Assembly: GCA_019057865.1 (NCBI GenBank) | Contig: JAHLWP010000048.1 | Location: 1 to 25,034, forward strand | Source: Promethearchaeota archaeon | GTDB taxonomy: Archaea > Asgardarchaeota > Lokiarchaeia > Sigyniarchaeales > SOKP01 | Direction: 5' to 3' | DNA length: 25,034 nucleotides | Shown: piece after piece, positions 17,525 through 25,034 of the stretch | Layout of the letters: each line of letters starts with the position of its first letter | Position numbering within the stretch: the first letter of the stretch is position 1 | Translations under genes and position numbers: made by a program | The notes under the pieces: generated by a model | Databases searched by the model: none | Seen by the model: the letters and a program-made list of their open reading frames with translations, nothing else | Told to the model about the DNA's origin: nothing

Positions 17525-19288
17525 ATGGGTATAATAGTTTTTATCAGTTATGCTATAAAAGATTCAAGAATTTTCAAAGTATCAAAACTAGCCAAATTAC
17601 TACTTAATTATACTGAAATTGAGGATGTATTATATTGCGAAGAGTACGCCCGTGATGATTTTATTAAATATATGAATGATTATTTAGATAGATGCAATGT
17701 CCTTCTTCTTTTTTGTTCTCCGAATTCATTGAGATCGGAATTTGTAGCAATGGAATGGAGAGCTGCGATAAGTTTGAAAAAAACGATTATTCCAGTCTAT
17801 TTAGATCCAAAATATATACCTCCATTGCTCTCTCCAAGAATAGGTGTGCAATTTGATGAAAAAGATGTTGGTTTAACCGTAGATAATATAATTCTAACAA
17901 TAAAAAAAAATATTAGTAGTAAAAATTCTGCAATCACTCATTTAGAAGAGAAGATCCCTTTTAGAGGAAAAATAGTGAGGTATAGTGAATATGAAATTTT
18001 AAAAGAACTCCAAGAAGAAATAAATAATTTAGTAGAAATTTTTGAAGTAAATGAGGATGGATTCGTAGTTTCTTTAGACTTTTCTTCAATTTACTTAGAG
18101 AGAGCTCCTAAAACAATAAGGTTTTTTACCAAACTTATGGAAGTTAATTTTTCTGGATACTCTTTTACTTCTGATGGGATGTTGATGAATATAAAATTCG
18201 ATGGATTGATAATCAAATTCGAAGGAAGGCCATACCAAGATGGAGAAGTGAAAGTCAGAATTGAAAGAGAAAATGAGTTATCACGAATAGGAGAAAAAAA
18301 CGCAAAAACAATTGAAGCCGCTAAAGGGTCCTTCTGTTCAGAAGATTGGGATAAGGCCATTAAATTATTTCAGCGTTCCAAAGAGATTTGTTTGGAGCAA
18401 GGGTGGTTTGGAGGTTTTAAATTTGCTGAAAGAATGATTATAAAGGCAAAAGAAGAATTTAGAAAAGAAAATGAACAAATTAAGAAAGGAATAAAAGTAA
18501 GAGAAGAAATATTTAAACTGCTACCAGATCATGAAATAAAAATACTTCAAAATATTGAGAAAAATTTAAATAAACCTTTTATTTTAGTAGAAGAGATAAA
18601 AGATAATACTAGAATGGCTTTTACTGTAAAAAATAACCACATTTCAGGTATAAGCCTTTACAAAGAGGGAGCTATTCAGTTTCCAGAAGAAATATCGCAA
18701 TTAACATATCTTAAGAAATTAAATTTAAGGCGTACGTATAATTTGATTACTCTCCCTGAAGTTTTTGGAGAGATAACCTCTCTTGAAGAACTATATCTAC
18801 AAAACTGTAAAGTAACACAAATCCCAGATTCATATCAGAATCTAACTTCTCTTAGAATTCTTGAATTAAATAGAAATAATCTTGAAAGCTTTCCACCCTT
18901 TCTCGGTAAATTGCAATCACTTGAATTTCTTGATTTAAGAGGAAACTTATTGTCTGAAGTTCCAGATTCTATTGGAGACCTCAAATCACTTCATACATTA
19001 TATCTAAATTTCAATAAGTTAAGAAGACTTCCAGAAACTATTGGCAACCTAACTGCTTTGAAAACCCTTTATCTTAATTTTAATATGTTAATTACTCTTC
19101 CAGATTCGATTTGTGAGTTAAAATCACTCGAATACCTTAATTTGCGCGATAATTTTCTTACAATATTACCAGAAAAATTAGCAGATATTATATCGCTAAA
19201 AAAACTTGTCATATATGGAAATAACTTTAAAGAAGTTCCAAGACAAGCTTATTACTTAGAAGATAGAGGAGTAGATGTTCTTAAATAA
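17525..19288 (+). CDS. TIR + short capped LRR + helical/TPR-like linker + LRR array (tandem paralog of 15630-17402)
   Basis: Same architecture and collinear along the full length (YCEExARxDFIKYMN, EGxPYxDGxV, YLNFN twice, NLRDN). TIR motif SEFVAMEW. Confidence 0.9.
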   Translation: MGIIVFISYAIKDSRIFKVSKLAKLLLNYTEIEDVLYCEEYARDDFIKYMNDYLDRCNVLLLFCSPNSLRSEFVAMEWRAAISLKKTIIPVYLDPKYIPPLLSPRIGVQFDEKDVGLTVDNIILTIKKNISSKNSAITHLEEKIPFRGKIVRYSEYEILKELQEEINNLVEIFEVNEDGFVVSLDFSSIYLERAPKTIRFFTKLMEVNFSGYSFTSDGMLMNIKFDGLIIKFEGRPYQDGEVKVRIERENELSRIGEKNAKTIEAAKGSFCSEDWDKAIKLFQRSKEICLEQGWFGGFKFAERMIIKAKEEFRKENEQIKKGIKVREEIFKLLPDHEIKILQNIEKNLNKPFILVEEIKDNTRMAFTVKNNHISGISLYKEGAIQFPEEISQLTYLKKLNLRRTYNLITLPEVFGEITSLEELYLQNCKVTQIPDSYQNLTSLRILELNRNNLESFPPFLGKLQSLEFLDLRGNLLSEVPDSIGDLKSLHTLYLNFNKLRRLPETIGNLTALKTLYLNFNMLITLPDSICELKSLEYLNLRDNFLTILPEKLADIISLKKLVIYGNNFKEVPRQAYYLEDRGVDVLK

Positions 19289-19364
19289 ATGTAATTTTTA
19301 CGATATTGTATTTTAGATAAAAGAGAATTAAGTGGCTTTTAAAAAATTATTCACATTTTTTAAT

Positions 19365-19388
19365 TGTGGTTAATTGGAATTATTTATG
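19365..19388 (+). repeat. Left half of the 2480-2517 element
   Basis: TGTGGTTAATTGGAATTATTTATG, 23/24 identical to 2480-2503. Ends 2 nt before the stop codon of 19391-20746. Confidence 0.7.
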
Positions 19389-19390
19389 GT

Positions 19391-20746
19391 TTAAATAAAA
19401 AAATCTTCACGCGTTACTATCTCTTTCCAGTTTGGTTCTATGTCACATAATATAAAACGCAATATCTCTTCAGCGACATATTGAATTTCAAGATCACCTA
19501 ATAGAAATTCATCATCTAATAACCTATCTATGCTCGTATACCCTATTTCAATTAATTCATAACATATTTTATCTTGCCATCTCTCGCTTTCTAAAAATTC
19601 TTCAGATGTGATTGAATATAAGCTATAATATTCCTCAATTAATTTGTTAATTTTATCAATCTTATCTTTATCTCTCTGTTCAAATTCAAATATAAATTCT
19701 GGTAATTCTATATCAATCAGATATGGATCAAATTTGTGAATCACTTCAATAATATATCTAGTTTTCAAATCTGGCTCCCTTTCCAACGGATTTCCATTTA
19801 AATAAATTTCGTTTGCTTTGATATTTAAAAAAGAAAAGGGTAGTGTAGCTAATTTATTACCATTTAAAAAAAGAATCTGAAATTCCATAAACCCAAAGGA
19901 TTCTGGTAGAAAAGAAATATTGTTATTGCTTAAATCTAAGATATCCAGATAATTAAGATCTACAAATCTTTCAGGCAATTTGCTTAAATAATTGTCACTC
20001 AAACATAAAAAACCAAGATGATTAATGTCTGTAATCCAATCTGGTAGATCTTTTAATTCAACATGACTTAAAACAAGTGTGTTCAAAGTTTTAATATTTT
20101 TTATGGAATTAGGCAAATTTTCTAATTTACAATTTTTAATTCCAATTCCTTGGACAGAATTTTCTTCATTGAGTAAGAATGCAAGGTGTCTAAAATTCTC
20201 GTTTATTAGAAATTCATTATCCTCTAAAAACTCAAACGATTTTTCTGTTATTGATTCAATTTCTTCCAGTGTTTCTACTTCGTTCTTTGGTAAATGAATA
20301 CCTCTAAAAAACTCACGTGTAATTTCTTTTAGATCTTGTTCAATTACTCTTATATTGCAGATTTTTAAAATAATACCATATATTTCTTTTACTTTTCCCT
20401 CAAGATCTTCTTTATTAAATTTAACTCGTAAATGACCTCTCAAGGGAATTGGCACACTATCCTCATTTTCAAAAATAGGAATAATTTTTTTACCAATATC
20501 TAAGGCGCCTTTCCACTCCATTTTTACATATTTATTTTCAATAGAATTCTCAGAACAAAATAAGATCATAACATCAGATTTTTTTACATATTCTTGGATG
20601 TATTCATAAATATCTTCAAATGAAATCTCTTGGTAGTAATAAACATCCTCAATTTCAGAATATCTTTTCAAAAGATTTGCCATATGACCTATTTGAAAAG
20701 TAGATGTATCTTCACTACAATAACTAAAAAAGAGGTTAAGCACCAT
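19391..20746 (-). CDS. TIR-LRR protein with acidic helical C-terminal domain
   Basis: LFFSYC...DVMILFCSENSIENKYVKMEW...KIIPIF (TIR), about 5 LRRs, and a C-terminal PDLKTRY...ELIEIGYTSID...DIEPNW domain. Confidence 0.9.
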   Translation of the reverse strand: MVLNLFFSYCSEDTSTFQIGHMANLLKRYSEIEDVYYYQEISFEDIYEYIQEYVKKSDVMILFCSENSIENKYVKMEWKGALDIGKKIIPIFENEDSVPIPLRGHLRVKFNKEDLEGKVKEIYGIILKICNIRVIEQDLKEITREFFRGIHLPKNEVETLEEIESITEKSFEFLEDNEFLINENFRHLAFLLNEENSVQGIGIKNCKLENLPNSIKNIKTLNTLVLSHVELKDLPDWITDINHLGFLCLSDNYLSKLPERFVDLNYLDILDLSNNNISFLPESFGFMEFQILFLNGNKLATLPFSFLNIKANEIYLNGNPLEREPDLKTRYIIEVIHKFDPYLIDIELPEFIFEFEQRDKDKIDKINKLIEEYYSLYSITSEEFLESERWQDKICYELIEIGYTSIDRLLDDEFLLGDLEIQYVAEEILRFILCDIEPNWKEIVTREDFFI

Positions 20747-20845
20747 TTATAATACAAGAAAAATTATGTTCTGTCCTTACTAAAAATTAAGGTTTTCTCT
20801 ATTAAAAATATTTAATATACTATTGTATATAAGATAGACATTTTT

Positions 20846-22180
20846 TTAATTCTCGTTTAATATGATATCTTTCCAGTTTGGTTCAATATCAACTAAAATT
20901 AAATCTAAAATCTCTTTAGCAGTACGTTTTATATCATGTTCCCCTCCTAAAAAAACATCAATTAAATGGTCTATGCTGGTATATCCAATAGTGATAAGTT
21001 CGAAGCAAATCTGTTCCTGTTTTCTTTCAGAATCAAACATATCTTCTGGGGAAACAATATTCAGCTGATAATAGTCATAAATTAGGTCATCAATTCTCTT
21101 AATTACATTCTCGTCTCGTTCAAAATCAAATTTGAATTTCGGTAAGTCAATATCGACATTATCATACCTTCTTTTTAAACTTGATAATATATATCTGGTT
21201 TTCAAATCCGGATTCTCTGCGAGGGGATTCTCGCTCAATTCAATTACCCCAGATATATTTACAAATGAAAAGGGAAGTGTTTGTAAATTATTATTAGAGA
21301 GATAGAGGTATTGAAAATCCATATTCCCAGTTGATTCAGGGAGAAAAGAAATATTATTATGACTTAAATTTAGAACCTCCAAATAGTTAAAATCTACAAA
21401 ATTTTCTGGTAAATTTTTTAAGTTATTTTTATAGAAACTCAAAAAATCAATATGTTTGAACTTACTAAACCATTCTGGGATTGATTTTAAATTGGTGTTA
21501 TCGAGGATTAATACGTTTAAATTATCAATGTTCCTCATAGATTCAGGCATTTCCTCTAAATTGCAATCAAGTATTCCTATCCCCTCTACAGTATTTTCTT
21601 CGCTTAATAACAAACCAAGATTTTTAAATTCATTATTAACAATATTAATAAAATCTTCCACATACTCAAAGGATTCACCGGTTATTAGTTCAATTTCTTC
21701 AAGAAATTCTACTTCTTTTTTTGGCAAATATATTCCTCTAAAAAATTCACGTTCTATTGGTGGTCTTGGCAAAGTTTTACCTTTAATCTGACTCAAATAT
21801 TCATTAACATAGTCTAAAAGTTTATTTAAATGGTTTTCCAAGGGAACACCAATTGCATTATACCACTGGATATCCACAAGATAATATTCAAACTTTGAAA
21901 TAGGATGGAATTCCTCGATTTTGATTGGAATAATATCAATTTCATTTTTAGCAGCTAGAGTTAACTCTCGACCAACATGTTTTGAAACGTTAGCATGATT
22001 AGAAAAAACAAGCAACATTAGATCAGAATCCTTAATCGCAGATACGATTGAATCTTCCCATTGACTCCCCGGTTTCGCATCACGATGATCAAGCCAACAT
22101 TCAATATCATTATTCTCTAGATATTCGCAAATTAGGTTAGCAGTCGGATCATCCTTACTTGAATGGCTAATAAAAATCAT
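20846..22180 (-). CDS. TIR(TIR_2-type)-LRR protein with acidic helical C-terminal domain
   Basis: IFISHSSKD...CWLDHRD...PG..WEDSI..AI..S...SKHVGREL...IIP (TIR), about 5 LRRs, and the same C-terminal domain as 19391-20746. Confidence 0.9.
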   Translation of the reverse strand: MIFISHSSKDDPTANLICEYLENNDIECWLDHRDAKPGSQWEDSIVSAIKDSDLMLLVFSNHANVSKHVGRELTLAAKNEIDIIPIKIEEFHPISKFEYYLVDIQWYNAIGVPLENHLNKLLDYVNEYLSQIKGKTLPRPPIEREFFRGIYLPKKEVEFLEEIELITGESFEYVEDFINIVNNEFKNLGLLLSEENTVEGIGILDCNLEEMPESMRNIDNLNVLILDNTNLKSIPEWFSKFKHIDFLSFYKNNLKNLPENFVDFNYLEVLNLSHNNISFLPESTGNMDFQYLYLSNNNLQTLPFSFVNISGVIELSENPLAENPDLKTRYILSSLKRRYDNVDIDLPKFKFDFERDENVIKRIDDLIYDYYQLNIVSPEDMFDSERKQEQICFELITIGYTSIDHLIDVFLGGEHDIKRTAKEILDLILVDIEPNWKDIILNEN

Positions 22181-22406
22181 GAATAAACAATAAAAGGTTT
22201 CTAATTAAGAATACGATGCTATTTTTTTTAAGGATCGTTACGATTTTTCTACAAATTTATCAGAATCATCCTTATAATATTAATTTAATGAGAAATGAAT
22301 TACTCAAGGTTTTAACTATTTCATTTAAATAAAAAACTTTCAATAATATTAATAGTAAATATTGAATATTATTTTATTTTAAATTATAGATAAAACCAAA
22401 TATTTT

Positions 22407-24890
22407 ATGAGCCCTACCAAACCTAATGTAAAACCTGATCATTTGAAAGTCATTAAAGAATTGGAGGAAATTACAAAATCTTCAATTAGTGTTCGTGAAG
22501 TGACTACTCTAACAAATCATTTACTTTATAATGTTAAACAATTTGGTATTTTTATTCAAGATTCTGAAATAATTGGTATAAGATTGCCTGAACATAACTT
22601 TGTGAAAATTCCAGAATCAATAGAAAAACTAAAATCGCTTAAGTTGTTAGATTTAAGCAAAAATCAATTGGAAGAATTACCTGATTCTTTAGGATCTTTA
22701 ACATCACTTAACACTCTTAATTTAAATAATAACCAACTAAAAAACTTACCTCAATCTATTGTTAAACTCAAAAATTTAAGATACTTGAGTTTGAGAGGGA
22801 ATAAATTAGAGCATATTCCTGATTGCATTAAAAACCTAGATTTTCTCAATACTCTGGAAATAGAACATGAACATATTTTAATGCATGAACATGCTCAGAT
22901 TATCAATAAAATAGAAAGAAATTTGGGGAGAATAATTCCTTATCGAAAGGAAATTGGTATGACGTATACACGGGAAGGCGTGATAACCAATATGAATTCA
23001 AATGAGTTTGAGGGATTTCCTATTGAACATGATATTGGAATTAAAGCAGAGAATGGACTTGTTATTGGATTGGGATTAAATGATTGTGGTTTAAGAGAAG
23101 TAAATGAAGAGATTGGAAATTTAAAGACGCTTAAGGAGTTATGGCTTGGTAACCTTGATTACCGATCCTATGGTAGAGAGGCTGAAGCTAATAATTTTAC
23201 ATCTCTTCCAGATTCTATCGGAAATCTTAAGGCACTTGAAATTTTAAATTTAAGCCGAGTCTCGGATTTGAACGTCTTACCTGAAAGTATTAGTGAATTA
23301 GAATCACTAAAAGATTTGACTATAATTGATTGTAGTTTAGCGGCTTTGCCTAAAAACTTAGGAAATTTAACCTCACTTGAAATTCTTTATTTAGTGGCTC
23401 CAAGTAAAACTTTTTTTAATAGACCTCCAGATTCGATAAAAAGATTGAAATTATTACCGGAATATATCTGTGAATTAATCCACCTTAAAAAATTAGATTT
23501 AGACAATCACGATTTACTAATGTTGCCTGAAAATTTTGGCAATTTAACTTCACTTGAAACATTATTCTTGAATGAAAACAACATCTCATCACTACCAGAA
23601 TCATTTGGGAATTTAAGTTTTCTAAGAAAGCTTTTCCTAAAAAATAATAATCTAACAAATCTACCTAATATATTTGGAAACCTTAATTCTCTTAAAGAAC
23701 TTGATTTGGATGGTAATAATTTAATTAAATTACCCGAAAACTTTGGAAATTTGAGTTCTTTAGAGACATTACAAATTGGCAATCTAAAAATGAAAGTAAC
23801 ATCGGTTAAAATCGATTCAGATATGAGTAAGGTTTTTCCCGGTCAGGGAAGATTTGAAAATGACGTGAAGGTGGATCTAAGACCCAATACTTTACTGTCA
23901 CTACCAGAGTCCTTTGGCAATTTAAAATCATTAAAGGATCTATATTTAAGAGGAAATCAATTAGAAACACTTCCGGATTCTTTTAGAAAATTGAAAAAAT
24001 TAGAGACGTTGGATATTCGCTATAATAAATTTAAAAAATTACCTCTCTCATTAGGAGGTTTAGAGAACTTAACGAAACTTCAAGTTGATGACAATCCTTT
24101 TGAAGGAGAAACCAAGAAGTTTTTTGAACGGTATGATAAACGTGAAAATGTATCTACATTTGAAAAATATTTAGAGAAGCGAGATATTCCTGTTTTATTG
24201 AAATTTTTAAGGAAACAAGAAAAGAAAGAGGAAGAAAAGAAGGAAGAAGAACAGATAGAATTAATTCGTGAAAAAGGCAGGGAGATAGTCAAAAAATTGC
24301 CAAAAATTTATAAAGAAATAACTTTTGAGAGACTGAGCTCAAGAACGGGTCTAAAGAAGGATATTCTTGAGAACTTACTAGAAGAAATGATTTATAAAGA
24401 AGAGATAAATGCTAAAATTAGAAAAAATGTCTTGGTATTTGAGATGGAAACCCCTCCAGCTTTAGCAACAACAGAACTTTTAGTTGATATAGGATTCAAT
24501 ATATTCTTAAGCTATTCCACTCTAGACTCCGAGCATTATCAAATTCCAATGGTTGCAAGTGAATTAGAGAAAGATCCATTGATAGATAAGGTCAATTATT
24601 GGGAAGAAAACAGTGGAGAAAACATTGTTGATTTTATGGAAAGAATTCTTAGAATAAGTAAGGTCTTTTTACTTTTCTGTTCGCAAAACGCATTAGACTC
24701 TCAATCTGTTGAGGATGAGTGGCAAGCAGCCTTTCAATTAAGGAAAAGGGGTAAAATGAAGATAATTCCTGTCTATGAAAATGAAGAAGATATCCCGCGG
24801 CTCTTATGGCCTATGTTGAATGTCGAGTATACTAAAAATGACTTTAATGGGTTCCTTAAAAATCTTAAAAAAGAGATATATCGGGAATAA
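22407..24890 (+). CDS. LRR - PCI-like winged helix - C-terminal TIR protein
   Basis: Two capped LRR blocks (23-aa LPESFGNLxSL type) and a charged coil. PCI-like IYKEITFERLSSRTGL..DILENLLEEMI...EINAKI...LVF. C-terminal IFLSYS...VFLLFCSQNALDSQSVEDEW...IIPVY TIR. Confidence 0.88.
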   Translation: MSPTKPNVKPDHLKVIKELEEITKSSISVREVTTLTNHLLYNVKQFGIFIQDSEIIGIRLPEHNFVKIPESIEKLKSLKLLDLSKNQLEELPDSLGSLTSLNTLNLNNNQLKNLPQSIVKLKNLRYLSLRGNKLEHIPDCIKNLDFLNTLEIEHEHILMHEHAQIINKIERNLGRIIPYRKEIGMTYTREGVITNMNSNEFEGFPIEHDIGIKAENGLVIGLGLNDCGLREVNEEIGNLKTLKELWLGNLDYRSYGREAEANNFTSLPDSIGNLKALEILNLSRVSDLNVLPESISELESLKDLTIIDCSLAALPKNLGNLTSLEILYLVAPSKTFFNRPPDSIKRLKLLPEYICELIHLKKLDLDNHDLLMLPENFGNLTSLETLFLNENNISSLPESFGNLSFLRKLFLKNNNLTNLPNIFGNLNSLKELDLDGNNLIKLPENFGNLSSLETLQIGNLKMKVTSVKIDSDMSKVFPGQGRFENDVKVDLRPNTLLSLPESFGNLKSLKDLYLRGNQLETLPDSFRKLKKLETLDIRYNKFKKLPLSLGGLENLTKLQVDDNPFEGETKKFFERYDKRENVSTFEKYLEKRDIPVLLKFLRKQEKKEEEKKEEEQIELIREKGREIVKKLPKIYKEITFERLSSRTGLKKDILENLLEEMIYKEEINAKIRKNVLVFEMETPPALATTELLVDIGFNIFLSYSTLDSEHYQIPMVASELEKDPLIDKVNYWEENSGENIVDFMERILRISKVFLLFCSQNALDSQSVEDEWQAAFQLRKRGKMKIIPVYENEEDIPRLLWPMLNVEYTKNDFNGFLKNLKKEIYRE

Positions 24891-24906
24891 TGCCTAAGGT
24901 TAAGAT
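24890..24906 (+). repeat. Right half of the 2480-2517 element
   Basis: ATGCCTAAGGTTAAGAT, 16/17 identical to 2501-2517. Begins on the last base of the 22407-24890 stop codon. Confidence 0.6.
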
Positions 24907-24980
24907 CCGGCGAATTTTTGAGATTTCTTTTTAACAATTGTGATAGGAGGAAAAATAAACTTTTATTACTCTATTACTCC

Positions 24981-25020
24981 TTTTTTTTTATTTAGTATTC
25001 AAGTATTTATTTTTTTTTCT
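24981..25020 (+). terminator. T-rich tract, possible archaeal terminator
   Basis: A T9 run at 24981 and further T runs, about 90 nt after the 24890 stop. Could equally be intergenic AT-richness. Confidence 0.25.
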
Positions 25021-25034
25021 ATTATTTTCCGTGT

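Noticed and set aside
22342-22373. AT-only inverted repeat AATAATATT...AATATTATT in the divergent promoter region
   Set aside because: Expected by chance in such AT-rich DNA.
62-24292. Short ORFs lying inside or antisense to long genes (62-247, 619-849, 857-1102, 9301-9486, 10737-10919, 12315-12542, 12673-12882, 14566-14754, 15154-15351, 16538-16741, 16853-17059, 18091-18360, 20079-20297, 20862-21068, 21456-21791, 23507-23782, 24080-24292)
   Set aside because: Shadow ORFs of well-supported genes with no motifs. The similarity between 12315-12542 and 20862-21068 simply mirrors the paralogy on the coding strand.
22407-24890. Roco (LRR-Roc-COR-TIR) protein or true Toll-like receptor
   Set aside because: No P-loop GTPase motifs and no transmembrane segment between the LRR and TIR.
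1-25034. CRISPR array, tRNA/rRNA, transposase/integrase, DGR reverse transcriptase or TR/VR pair
   Set aside because: No regularly spaced identical repeats, RNA-gene-like GC-rich segments, or recombinase/RT motifs were seen. DNA periodicity is explained by LRR/TPR coding repeats.

Overview
Very AT-rich 25-kb accessory region. Its domain repertoire (TIR, LRR with a characteristic N-cap, PCI-like winged helix, longin-like domain, MNT-HEPN) and BRE/TATA-like promoter suggest an archaeon, most likely Asgard/Lokiarchaeia (inference; no marker gene is present). After a membrane-anchored Ig-EEP hydrolase and a broken MNT-HEPN pair, the window is an immune-receptor-like island with eight TIR or TIR-like/NDT domains, all keeping the catalytic-position Glu. 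The core is a tightly spaced minus-strand four-gene unit: DUF4062(TIR-like)-STAND-TPR, then RelA/SpoT synthetase-TPR-SLOG, then a paralogous TPR-degenerate SLOG-longin protein, then LRR-NDT/TIR-like. It looks like a Thoeris/NLR-like nucleotide-signalling system whose effector is an alarmone synthetase. Next come six TIR+LRR genes: one is frameshifted, one has a swapped TIR, and one is LRR-PCI-TIR. There is also a PHP phosphoesterase and an LRR stub. A ~38-bp intergenic element is intact at 2480-2517, while a second copy appears split exactly around the last three genes (19389-24889). All domain calls come from reading motifs by eye, with no database search.
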